Source of the DNA: a virus
Taxonomy: Duplodnaviria; Caudoviricetes
DNA: 50,058 nt
Direction: 5' to 3' (one strand)
Virus record (IMG/VR): IMGVR_UViG_3300031454_000006
Coordinates: 1 to 50,058 of that record
Numbering within the stretch: position 1 is the first letter of the stretch; each line of letters opens with the position of its first letter. Positions 25,437 through 34,060 of the stretch are shown here, piece by piece. The notes below the pieces were generated by a model. It was not told where the DNA came from. It saw only the letters and a list, made by a program, of their open reading frames with translations, and did not search any database. The position numbers and the translations under genes are program-made.

Positions 25437-26669
25437 TTATTCGACTCCCAAAATTCTCTGCTTCCACGATAAGCGGCGCGGCATTTGAAAACCCGCAAAA
25501 TGAGCCGGTTCCGAATCGCTGTTTTGAATCGGTGTCGGCAGAATTTGAATCGTGTTGACAGTTTTATCCATCGCCGATTTAGCCTGAAGCACGGTCAATT
25601 CGTGCGATTGTTTTTCGCGCTGGAGTTTGAGTTCGTTTTCCCGGTTTTCGCGACGGTTTTTTATAAATAAATTGGCGATAATGTAGGCGACGACAATTAA
25701 TCCGGCAATAGCAAGTAGCACGATAACAAGATTAACGGGCGCGTCCTTTGCCCACGCCGCCGCCGCCGACAAATACGCGGTAATGCCTGCCGGAATCGCT
25801 AAATACCACGCCTTGAATTTTGTAATCAGCGTATCAGGCTCAGATTTTGCGGGTTCGGCTTGTTGAACGGTTACGACCGTATTTGAATCGGGCGCGGGCG
25901 AAACGGCGTTATTTTGTGCCGCGTCCGTGTCCGGTCTTATTTGTTCGCCGTCCGGCTGGTGCGCCGCGCCCGAATTTTGCGCCGAATCAGCCGGAGCGTC
26001 ATCGATTTCGACCGCATTACCGGCAGTTGCGCTGATGGGATTTGAGCTTGCAAGCCCGTTGTTGTCGGTCGAAAGTGAATATTTTATTTTCGAGAATTTG
26101 GTGTAAGCGTCTTCGATTTGCCCGTCGTAATTGAATTTTCGGTAACCCGCGCCGTTGTAATTTCGGGCGAATCCCGCCCAGTCGCGGCGGCGCAGTTCGT
26201 CGGCTAAACCGCGATGCTTAATTGACCGGACAAAGATTTCGAGCTGCGCCATTTCGGATTCTTTCATTTTATCGACGAACGCGCCGACCGTTTCAAATCC
26301 TAAATCCTCGAAGTTCTCGCCGAGTTCCTGAAACGCGCCCCACGAACACGCCATCATCGCCGCGTTTTTATCTAATTCAAACGCCTGATTGAATTTGATT
26401 CGCTGCTCGTGATGCGTGCCGTAACCGTCGCGAGGCGTCGCCTTCGGATTGCAGATTGACGGAAACCGCTCGCGCCACTCGGCTCTTTTTGATTTATCGG
26501 CGTGTTTCCAGAATTTATGCCGCTCAAATAAAATTGAGGGAAACCCGTCGGCGAAAAACGCCGCGCCTTTCGATTCGACAAAATGCACGGCTTTTATCGC
26601 CGCGACCTCGATTCTCAAGTCCGCCGCCGCTTTTATAAAATCATTTGTTGAGAGTTTCGATTTGTTCAT
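25437..26669 (-). CDS. Endolysin, N-acetylmuramidase (DUF3380 family) with C-terminal hydrophobic helices
   Basis: AIKAV..VES, ILFERHKF, SWGAFQ.LG.N, FARNYNG motifs; hydrophobic segments near the C-terminus. Confidence 0.9.
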   Translation of the reverse strand: MNKSKLSTNDFIKAAADLRIEVAAIKAVHFVESKGAAFFADGFPSILFERHKFWKHADKSKRAEWRERFPSICNPKATPRDGYGTHHEQRIKFNQAFELDKNAAMMACSWGAFQELGENFEDLGFETVGAFVDKMKESEMAQLEIFVRSIKHRGLADELRRRDWAGFARNYNGAGYRKFNYDGQIEDAYTKFSKIKYSLSTDNNGLASSNPISATAGNAVEIDDAPADSAQNSGAAHQPDGEQIRPDTDAAQNNAVSPAPDSNTVVTVQQAEPAKSEPDTLITKFKAWYLAIPAGITAYLSAAAAWAKDAPVNLVIVLLAIAGLIVVAYIIANLFIKNRRENRENELKLQREKQSHELTVLQAKSAMDKTVNTIQILPTPIQNSDSEPAHFAGFQMPRRLSWKQRILGVE

Positions 26670-26680
26670 TTATCGACCCA

Positions 26681-26731
26681 AAATAAAAACGCCCTGCAAA
26701 ACTCGACGTGAATCGAATTCTGCAAGGCGTT
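26681..26731 (-). terminator. Long hairpin plus U-tract upstream of endolysin
   Basis: AACGCCUUGCAGAAUUCGA / UCGAGUUUUGCAGGGCGUU then UUUAUUUU. Confidence 0.7.
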
Positions 26732-26778
26732 AATCTTGCCGGCTCGCCCTTAATTGTAGAGCGACGAAAATTGTTTCA

Positions 26779-26807
26779 AATGTAAACTATTTACCTTTGA
26801 ATATCAA
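26779..26807 (-). promoter_or_regulatory. Putative late promoter
   Basis: TTGATA-17-TACATT upstream of the leader terminator. Confidence 0.5.
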
Positions 26808-26851
26808 GGAAATTTTACCAGGAGCCAGCGCAATGCTCCATTCATTTTCGT

Positions 26852-27151
26852 TTAATTTTCCCTTAGAAGTTCCAAGTGCAATCTGCATTGATTCTCGTCA
26901 AGAATTGTTTTCCGGCGTTCCTCGTAAGTTAATTCTGGTTTCGCGTCAAGCAACCCAAAGCCGTGAGTTTTGCAAAGCGGCACATAAAGCATTAAAAGTC
27001 CCAGAAAATCAATTAAAACCATATTTGCTAAATTGCCGCATTTATCGCAATAAATCGTTTTCCGATTATCGCCTTCAATTTTTTCAATGATGTAAGGGCG
27101 AACATTGTAAGTTGCGTTCACATAGGAAAGTTGTTTTTCAGTAAGACTCAT
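26852..27151 (-). CDS. Hypothetical Zn-binding protein
   Basis: CDKC...CKTH; probable start ATG 27151. Confidence 0.55.
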   Translation of the reverse strand: MSLTEKQLSYVNATYNVRPYIIEKIEGDNRKTIYCDKCGNLANMVLIDFLGLLMLYVPLCKTHGFGLLDAKPELTYEERRKTILDENQCRLHLELLREN

Positions 27152-27159
27152 ATTTTTAC

Positions 27160-27363
27160 TCATAAATCCTGCGACCAAACCGTTTTGTATGCACAAACCT
27201 CGCAAATAAAGCTAAAACCGTGTTTTCTTTTCGGTTTTATTTGTGTCTCGCGTCCTGAAGCGAGCTTGAAAAATATTGTTTTGCCGTCGGTTTCGCACAG
27301 TATTTCGCCGCAGGGCTTACTGGTGCCCGGTTTCCTGCCTCTGCACTTCATAGGTTTTCGCAT
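27160..27363 (-). CDS. Small basic 4-Cys zinc finger (Mu Com-like, tentative)
   Basis: C-x10-CGEIL...ICEVC; lies just before the late region. Confidence 0.5.
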   Translation of the reverse strand: MRKPMKCRGRKPGTSKPCGEILCETDGKTIFFKLASGRETQIKPKRKHGFSFICEVCAYKTVWSQDL

Positions 27364-27382
27364 TTAATTACTGCCGCCGCCG

Positions 27383-27589
27383 CTAAATTTCGTTATAAAC
27401 TCGTATTGCTTCTTCTAAATCTTTGCCCTCGTAAAGAATTTTTTCTTTAAGCCGCACACGATATTCGCCTTTCGGATTGGTTAAAAAGAATTTGAGATTT
27501 TTGTTTTTGAAATACTGGGTATAAAGCAGCCATCCCTCGCCCTGCCACATCCGAAACATTCCCTTTTCTATTTTTTCGAGGTCAATCAT
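27383..27589 (-). CDS. Hypothetical protein
   Basis: ORF track; in operon. Confidence 0.6.
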   Translation of the reverse strand: MIDLEKIEKGMFRMWQGEGWLLYTQYFKNKNLKFFLTNPKGEYRVRLKEKILYEGKDLEEAIRVYNEI

Positions 27590-27697
27590 CTAAATCCTTT
27601 TGCCGTCCGTTCTTTCGATAACGATGTATTTATCGCAGTCAGAGCAGTGAAAAATCGAAGAATTGCCGACGTAATCGCCGTTTTCGTGCCTGCACAT
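27590..27697 (-). CDS. 35-aa Zn-ribbon peptide
   Basis: MCRHE...HCSDCD; abuts next start codon. Confidence 0.4.
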   Translation of the reverse strand: MCRHENGDYVGNSSIFHCSDCDKYIVIERTDGKRI

Positions 27698-27708
27698 TCT
27701 GTTTTCCT

Positions 27709-29034
27709 TTAACAATTTTCAAATCTCGTAAATTCGCCGATCCAGTCGAGCTTGACCGTTCCGGTCGCGCCGTTCCGGTTTTTGCCGATAATCAGTTCGG
27801 CTTCACCCGGATTAGCGTCAGGCTTGTAGTAATGCTCGCGGTAGATAAACGCCACGATGTCGGCGTCCTGTTCGATACTGCCCGATTCGCGCAAATCCGA
27901 CATCAGCGGGCGCGGCGGGTTTCTCGCTTCGGGCGCGCGCGACAATTGAGAGAGCGCGATGACCGGCGCATCCATCTCTTTTGCCAAGGATTTTAATTCG
28001 CGCGAGATGGCGGAGACTTCCTGCTGGCGCGATTCGGTTTTTTTAGAACCCGACATCAACTGCATATAATCGACGACGATTAAATCGAGGCGTTTATATT
28101 TTGCTCGAATCATCATCGCTTTCGAGCGCGCCTGAACCGGCGAGATGGCGGGCGTGTCGTCGATTTCAATGCGCATCGATTGAAGGCGATTGACGGCAAA
28201 ACCGACGCGTTCCTGTTCGCGGTCGTTTAATAAATTCCGCTCGTATCGTTTCTGGTCAACCCTTGCCATCGAGCAGATGAGACGGTCGGTTAATTGCTCT
28301 TTCGACATCTCCAAGGAGAAAACCGCCACCACCGCTTCCTCTACTAATTGACACGCATTTTCGGCGCAGTTGAGAACCAGCGCCGATTTGCCCATCGACG
28401 GTCGGGCGGCGACGATAATCAAATCGGTTTTCTTCCAGCCGTTTGTCAGCCAGTCGAGCGCTTTGAATCCGCTCGGCAAGCCGGTTATTGTTTCGCCCGT
28501 TTTGCCAAGCGCGTGTTTGCGGTGAACCGAAGCGATCGCCAATTCTCCGACCGTCTCGAAGCCTCGCTTTTGCGAATCCGCGCAAATGTCGTTTATCCGG
28601 CTCTGGGCGAAATTCAAAACCGATTCGGACACATCGGAATCGTCGAGCGCGGTCGCCTGGATTTCCGCCGCGGCTTTGATGATTTCCCGCACCTTGGCTT
28701 TATCGAAAACGATTTGAATGTATTCGGAAATATCGGAAAAATGCGGGATGCCGTAAGTTAAATTGGTAATGATCGAAACTTCCACCGCGCCAATCCCCAT
28801 CTGCCGCATTTTCTCGCCGATTAAAACCGGGTCGATTTTCCGGCTTTCGGCGAAAAGCGCGAGCATTGCATTGAATACGAAACGATGAAGCGGCGAATGG
28901 AAATGTTCGGGCTGAAGTTTCTCCGCCGCCTGCGCGATTAATTGATTATCGAGCAGGATTGCGCCAAGAATCGTGCGCTCGGAAGCGGGCGACGATGGCA
29001 GCGGTTTGTCGAGTAACTGGGTGTTATTGCTCAT
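27709..29034 (-). CDS. dnaB: Replicative DNA helicase
   Basis: AARPSMGKS, FSLEMS, VVDYMQL, DLRESGSIEQDAD. Confidence 0.97.
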   Translation of the reverse strand: MSNNTQLLDKPLPSSPASERTILGAILLDNQLIAQAAEKLQPEHFHSPLHRFVFNAMLALFAESRKIDPVLIGEKMRQMGIGAVEVSIITNLTYGIPHFSDISEYIQIVFDKAKVREIIKAAAEIQATALDDSDVSESVLNFAQSRINDICADSQKRGFETVGELAIASVHRKHALGKTGETITGLPSGFKALDWLTNGWKKTDLIIVAARPSMGKSALVLNCAENACQLVEEAVVAVFSLEMSKEQLTDRLICSMARVDQKRYERNLLNDREQERVGFAVNRLQSMRIEIDDTPAISPVQARSKAMMIRAKYKRLDLIVVDYMQLMSGSKKTESRQQEVSAISRELKSLAKEMDAPVIALSQLSRAPEARNPPRPLMSDLRESGSIEQDADIVAFIYREHYYKPDANPGEAELIIGKNRNGATGTVKLDWIGEFTRFENC

Positions 29035-29042
29035 TTTTTAAT

Positions 29043-29252
29043 TTATTCTTTTTTATCTTTAATTTCTTCTGCCCATTTATCTTTCAGAGCCTCGGTAATT
29101 TGTGCTTCTCGTGCCCGGTCCGAGTAAACGGATGACCAGAAAAACTGGGTCATTGAAATTGCAGTCGAGAGGGCGTTTGGATCAACAACTTTACCGTTTA
29201 GCGCATCGTCTAAAATCGCTAAGGCTTTATCTAAAACTTCTTTTTCTTTCAT
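29043..29252 (-). CDS. Hypothetical protein
   Basis: ORF track; AGGTG RBS. Confidence 0.6.
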   Translation of the reverse strand: MKEKEVLDKALAILDDALNGKVVDPNALSTAISMTQFFWSSVYSDRAREAQITEALKDKWAEEIKDKKE

Positions 29253-29261
29253 ATTTTCACC

Positions 29262-29531
29262 TTAAAAATCGCAGCAAACGCATTGCCCGAATTGGTCTAA
29301 ACATTCCAGACAATCGCCGCAAATTGACGGGTCGTCCAAACCTAATTCAGCATCGCAATCGTCGTCATTTTCGCCATCGTCTGAATAATCGGTGTCCTCA
29401 ACTATTCCGAACTCGCCGAATTTACAGCGACAGCCGAGCGGGTGAAACAAGCAACCCGCGCAGCAATACTTTCGACCGTCCGAACCTTCATATATTTTCG
29501 GCATGTTCGCGCCGCAGTTTTCACAAACCAT
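29262..29531 (-). CDS. Cys/Asp-rich small protein
   Basis: 14 Cys in 89 aa from ATG 29531; GGAGG RBS. Confidence 0.6.
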   Translation of the reverse strand: MVCENCGANMPKIYEGSDGRKYCCAGCLFHPLGCRCKFGEFGIVEDTDYSDDGENDDDCDAELGLDDPSICGDCLECLDQFGQCVCCDF

Positions 29532-29533
29532 CG

Positions 29534-30373
29534 TCAATTTCCTCCGTGTTTGCACCGCACGACCTCAGCGCCGGTGTCGTTTAAGCCCCGCTCGTTGCAC
29601 AAATCGCAGTCGTCGATTGCCTGCTGCCAAGCTGGTTTTGAAACGGTTTCGGTAACTTCAATCGGCTCGAATTCGGTTTGCAGGCGATGCTTCTCGAAAA
29701 TCTGCCACTTCGGTTTATGCCCGTTTGCTTTGCAGTCGGCAATGTATTTGTCGAAAACTTCCCGAACTTGAAGATGCGGGTATTTCTCCTGAAACTCGTC
29801 GAGCCGTTTTTCGGTTTTGGCTTTTGAATCAATCGCAGAATCGGCGGCGGCTGGCGGCGGCTTTCCGCGCGCGTTATTACCACCACTACCATTACTCAAG
29901 TTTGTAACTGAAGATGAAGTTGAAGATGCAATGGATTGCATTTGCATTGCATTTGCATTGCATTTGGATAGGCTTTGCTTTCCATCCGATTTTCTGCCGG
30001 TATTCACTTGCTTTCCGCTTCCTCTTGCGGACGTGCCCTGCTTTGACCAGCGAGCTTCGGACGCCTTTTGCCGCGCCTTGCTGTTTGCTTCCTGTTTTTC
30101 TCTTTCAGTTTCCAATCTGTCGTGTATCATGCGCGAATCATCGTCGGGAGATGCGGTGAACATTTCCAGACAAACTTTCGCTATTTCAACCGTCGCTCCC
30201 TTACCGATAAGTCGGGCGCAGCGTTTTTCATCCGCCGGAATATCGCCGTTTATCCAGCAGTAATCGAGAAGGCGGCGATACGCGCCTTCTTCCGCTAAGG
30301 ACATTTCCTGGACGCGCGCCGAGGCGAGAATGTCTTTCGGATACCATTGAAATGCCGGTGATTTATTGCTCAC
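29534..30373 (-). CDS. Replication initiator, YdaU/DUF1376 family
   Basis: PAFQWYPKD..MSLAEEGAYRRLLDYCW; upstream of dnaB. Confidence 0.85.
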   Translation of the reverse strand: MSNKSPAFQWYPKDILASARVQEMSLAEEGAYRRLLDYCWINGDIPADEKRCARLIGKGATVEIAKVCLEMFTASPDDDSRMIHDRLETEREKQEANSKARQKASEARWSKQGTSARGSGKQVNTGRKSDGKQSLSKCNANAMQMQSIASSTSSSVTNLSNGSGGNNARGKPPPAAADSAIDSKAKTEKRLDEFQEKYPHLQVREVFDKYIADCKANGHKPKWQIFEKHRLQTEFEPIEVTETVSKPAWQQAIDDCDLCNERGLNDTGAEVVRCKHGGN

Positions 30374-30722
30374 TAATCAAACTCCATCTATCGAAAACTT
30401 GGCTTCGTGTTTTTGTTGACCCAACGCAGTTAAATTTTGGCTGCAATCTTTTAATAAGTCGGAGTTCAACCATTGCCCAATCACCAAACCGTTTAGCTTC
30501 CCGAAATTTTAGCGTAAGCTCAAAATACATTCCTCAAGGAGTGTGAATGGCATTGCTGTAATGAGCGTAGTCCAATTCATAACTTTTAATCCGCTTCTGT
30601 AAATTGCTGGTTTGTCCGACATAAACCGGCTTACTGTCGGCGTATATTACATAACAACCGGGCTTTATCGGAATCATTCGCCAATCTTCAACAGGGCTCA
30701 ACTTTTTCCATTTACTTGCCAT
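30363..30722 (-). pseudogene. GIY-YIG nuclease interrupted by an in-frame TGA
   Basis: GCYVIY..VYVGQTSNLQKR before TGA 30534-30536; same frame continues to E.RLIKRLQPKFN. Confidence 0.8.
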
Positions 30723-30752
30723 AAAATTGTATTGCGGGAAGTTTTTTCACTA

Positions 30753-31307
30753 TTAAAATTTGTTCCGTAGAGCTTCTTCGACCTGTTCGGCTTCCTTTTG
30801 CGTTTCCGGCAATATCAACTCCCTAACGGGACCGGCGGCTTTAATCTGTTCGTGACATTCGAGACAGGTAATCAGAACGCCGAGACGTTTTTCCATTTCC
30901 AGACGCGAGCCGTCCGAAATAAGAACGACCGCTTCGCAGACTGCGCATTTATCCTTTGAAACCTTTAATCCGCCCGCAGCCGCTTTTTCCAGACGTTCCT
31001 CGGTAAATCTGACGCAGGTTATCGAATCGACCTTCGTCGCCGGACTCGCCTCTTCGAGCAGTCTTACTTCAAGCTGCGGCATTTCCGCCTGAAGCATCAA
31101 AGGCTTGACGGGACGTCCCCACATAAAAAGGTAAATGTCGCCGGTTTCGGCAACGATTTTTATCTCTTCGGCGGTTAATTTCCAGCGCGTTAAAACGATG
31201 CCGCCTTCGAGCTGGATGGTCGGCAGGTTTTCATATTCGGGCTGATTTTCAGCCACTATTAATTCTTCAAAATTTGCGCCCGGTATAACGGGACTGACAG
31301 CTTTCAT
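30753..31307 (-). CDS. Hypothetical protein with C-terminal CxxC..CxxC
   Basis: ORF track; paralog at 18587. Confidence 0.7.
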   Translation of the reverse strand: MKAVSPVIPGANFEELIVAENQPEYENLPTIQLEGGIVLTRWKLTAEEIKIVAETGDIYLFMWGRPVKPLMLQAEMPQLEVRLLEEASPATKVDSITCVRFTEERLEKAAAGGLKVSKDKCAVCEAVVLISDGSRLEMEKRLGVLITCLECHEQIKAAGPVRELILPETQKEAEQVEEALRNKF

Positions 31308-32812
31308 TGATTTTCCTCCTGAAATTCCATTACTAAATTTTGTATCCGGTCGATAAATTCGCGGCTCCGATCGCCGAGCGGAATCTGGATGGTCATCGAT
31401 ATGGTTATCGCCGGAGCGGAAATTAAAACGCCGGGAACGCTCTCAAAGGCTTCTTTTCGCTTTTCTCTGAATTGAATAAATTCCTCAACCGTGTTCCCAT
31501 CATCTACGGTCGGCGGCTGGCGGTTGCAGAATTCTTTGGCTTCGGCTAATTTTTCCGGCGCGACGATGCCCGGAGCGGAGTTATCCGTTTCGAGACTTTT
31601 GCGGTAAATCTCCTGCCCGCGCTCGTAAGCGGCTTTGAGTTCGGAATTTTCCTTAATCTTGACCTGAAGAGTGCTGTAGCCGATGCCGAGCGATTCGGCG
31701 ATTGCCTTTTGCTTTAAGCCTTTGGAAGCGAGTCGTTCGAGTTCTCCGGCATCTATGGCGACGTAGCTTTTGGCGTACGGCTCGGCGCCGGGCGTTCTGA
31801 AAACTTCGTCGGTTTTCAATTTGTCGCCGATTTTCGGTTTATCTTCGGAAATCTGTTTCTCTTCTTCTCTGACGGCGAGCGAATTGTTGCCGGTGTTAAA
31901 GAGTTTCCCTTTCGGTTTATTCTCCTCAAGATAGTAAGCGGGCAGGCTTCCGACCTGCTCGGTTCGGAGAATGCCGCTTTCTACCAGCGAGTCGATCACT
32001 TCGACGACCGTTCCGATTGACAGACCGGTGTTGATACACAAATGGCGCGAAGTCTGATATTTAATATTCCTGAGCGAGCATATGATTTTCAGCTGTTCCG
32101 GTTTTCGGTTCTGACCGTCGGCGGTCAGGTAGTAAAAGAAGCCCGCGCCGCCGCCCATCGCTTCGCGCGAGACGATTTTCTCTTCGATTAATTTGACGAG
32201 AATGTTTCTGACCGTTCGCTCGTCGTAAGCGGTGTGTTTGGCCACGCGCTGGATGCTTTCATAACCGAGCCGCAGCGCTTCGCGGACGCGCGTGTGCATC
32301 TCCGCCAAATCGTTGTTTAATTGAAAACGCGGAGCTTCAGCCGGAGCCGATTTTTCTTCGGCGCTAACGGCTTTTTCTTTAATAAGTTTTTCTTTTACCG
32401 GCTGATTTTCCCGGCGCGCGAATCCTCTTTCGATTGCCGCCGCCAGTTCCGGGTAATCTTTTATGTATCTGGATAAATTTCCACCGAGGTTCAGTTTCTT
32501 TGCCAGCTCGGTTTTGTTCACCGAAGCGGCGGCGATATTTTCGATTTCCTTGTAATCGAACCGGCGTTCGCCCCGCTTCGAGGCTTCGGCTTTCGGCAAA
32601 CTTTCGGCGGCGGCGGCATCGCTGCTCTGCCCGGAAGTCCGGCGCGCGCGACCTGCTTCGATAGCGAGCCGAAACTTTTCGTCCGTCTTCGACCGCTGCG
32701 CGATGTAATTGATATTGACGCCCATCTCGCGCTGAATGACGCTGTTGCTCGGCAGAGTCGCCGCCAGTTCTTCAATTTGGGCGTAATCGATATTTCTTTT
32801 TACTGCGGACAT
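31304..32812 (-). CDS. Multi-HTH DNA-binding protein
   Basis: Three related HTH repeats plus two winged-HTH-like segments. Confidence 0.7.
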   Translation of the reverse strand: MSAVKRNIDYAQIEELAATLPSNSVIQREMGVNINYIAQRSKTDEKFRLAIEAGRARRTSGQSSDAAAAESLPKAEASKRGERRFDYKEIENIAAASVNKTELAKKLNLGGNLSRYIKDYPELAAAIERGFARRENQPVKEKLIKEKAVSAEEKSAPAEAPRFQLNNDLAEMHTRVREALRLGYESIQRVAKHTAYDERTVRNILVKLIEEKIVSREAMGGGAGFFYYLTADGQNRKPEQLKIICSLRNIKYQTSRHLCINTGLSIGTVVEVIDSLVESGILRTEQVGSLPAYYLEENKPKGKLFNTGNNSLAVREEEKQISEDKPKIGDKLKTDEVFRTPGAEPYAKSYVAIDAGELERLASKGLKQKAIAESLGIGYSTLQVKIKENSELKAAYERGQEIYRKSLETDNSAPGIVAPEKLAEAKEFCNRQPPTVDDGNTVEEFIQFREKRKEAFESVPGVLISAPAITISMTIQIPLGDRSREFIDRIQNLVMEFQEENQ

Positions 32813-32956
32813 AACTAATTCACCTCGTTTTCATCCAAACCTCTCAAGGAAACCGCAGCGCTTCCAGCCTGCGGAGGAATTGAAGTCAACAGCAATCGCG
32901 CTTTCAAGCGATTGTCTTGCGGCTGCCGACAAACAAGTAAAAATAAATGTGGCTCT

Positions 32957-32992
32957 ATTGATTTGACAATCTAAAATCAATCGTGGTATATT
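32957..32992 (+). promoter_or_regulatory. Sigma70 promoter with overlapping inverted-repeat operator
   Basis: TTGACA-18-TATATT with TG extension; ATTGATTT / AAATCAAT. Confidence 0.7.
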
Positions 32993-33100
32993 TAATTTGT
33001 TGGTGAGGAAAACGAGTTGAAAATTCCTAAAAGATTTGGAAATCTCGAATAAGGCATCAGCAAAACAAGTAGAAAATAAAATTTTTAGGAGATTACGAAA

Positions 33101-33358
33101 ATGAAAACAGGCAAATTTATGGGCGTCGAGTATAGAGATGTTACGAGCGGCGAAGATGACGGTATTATTTTGGCGTATGAATACGACGGAATGACGCGAC
33201 ACGCTTCCGGCGTCAACAAATCCGACGCTCTTAAACAAATAGAAAAAGCGATAAACAAACTGAGACAAGAAATCGCCGCAGACGAAGCGCGGATTGCTGC
33301 CGAAAAGTCGCAACCAAACCGCCCTATCGGAATGAGCGAAGGAGGTTGGTATAAATAA
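33101..33358 (+). CDS. 85-aa cargo protein (weak HicB-like resemblance)
   Basis: AGGAG RBS; EDDGII..HASG.NKSDALKQIEKAI. Confidence 0.7.
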   Translation: MKTGKFMGVEYRDVTSGEDDGIILAYEYDGMTRHASGVNKSDALKQIEKAINKLRQEIAADEARIAAEKSQPNRPIGMSEGGWYK

Positions 33359-33359
33359 T

Positions 33360-33578
33360 ATGAGTGAAGCGCGAAACAAATTTCTAAAAATGCGAGTGTC
33401 CGATGACGAATTAGCGCGGATACTAGAAAAAATCGAGAACGAGTTTGGCGGCGGCTCGTTCTCGAACGCCAACCGGATTCTTTGGGGATTGTCGCCCGCA
33501 CCGTCGGCAGGCGCACCGAAAGGCAACCAAAACAAGCTCGGCAAAAAGGGCGCGAACAGCAAAACGAAAAAATCGTAG
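33360..33578 (+). CDS. Ribbon-helix-helix-like regulator
   Basis: RNKFLKMRVSDDELARI plus basic GAPKGNQNK tail. Confidence 0.65.
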   Translation: MSEARNKFLKMRVSDDELARILEKIENEFGGGSFSNANRILWGLSPAPSAGAPKGNQNKLGKKGANSKTKKS

Positions 33579-33580
33579 AT

Positions 33581-33979
33581 ATGCAAATAAATAAATCCGC
33601 GCATTCGACGCATATTCTGCATTACCATTTGATATGGTGCGTAAAATATCGAAAATCGATTTTGACGCACGACATCGGCGACCGACTCAAAATAATTTGC
33701 CAAGAAATTGCCGATGAGCAAAACGCGATTATCGAAGCCATCGAAACAGATGTTACGCACGTCCATATAATGTTAAATTTGAAACCTACTCATTCAATTC
33801 CTAATCTTGTTAAACTTTTCAAAGGTCGCTCCTCACGCCTATTGTTCGAGGAATTTCCGCATCTCAAAAAGCGTCTCTGGGGCGGTCATTTATGGAGTCC
33901 GTCGTATTTCATCACGACCGCTGGCGGCGCACCGCTCGAAACCCTCAAATCGTATGTGGAAAACCAAAGAACTAAATAA
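33581..33979 (+). CDS. tnpA: IS200/IS605 Y1 (HUH) transposase
   Basis: YHLIWCVKYRK, HVHI (HUH), KGRSSR, LWSPSYF, YVENQ; start ATG 33581. Confidence 0.96.
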   Translation: MQINKSAHSTHILHYHLIWCVKYRKSILTHDIGDRLKIICQEIADEQNAIIEAIETDVTHVHIMLNLKPTHSIPNLVKLFKGRSSRLLFEEFPHLKKRLWGGHLWSPSYFITTAGGAPLETLKSYVENQRTK

Positions 33980-34060
33980 TTGCTCTACGAAGCCCCTGTC
34001 TTTTAAGCAGGGGTTTTATTCACTTTGGTATTTTCCGGCGCGGATTATTGGTTAAGCTGC

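Larger units (their letters stand above)
32835..34023 (+). mobile_element. IS200/IS605-family element with cargo genes and no TnpB
   Basis: Target TCAT 32831-34; left-end guide GAAA plus hairpin CCGCAG/CTGCGG; right-end guide GAAG plus hairpin CCCCTG/CAGGGG ending TCAC; tnpA inside. Confidence 0.85.

Noticed and set aside
30534-30536. Genome-wide TGA=Trp recoding
   Set aside because: Single case; many genes end in coupled ATGA/TGA stops and Trp is encoded by TGG where checked.
32831-33766. 311-aa minus-strand ORF
   Set aside because: Antisense shadow of tnpA and cargo genes, crossing the IS end; no motifs.
33980-34060. TnpB/IscB nuclease or omegaRNA
   Set aside because: Only 44 nt lie between the tnpA stop and the right end; no RuvC ORF.
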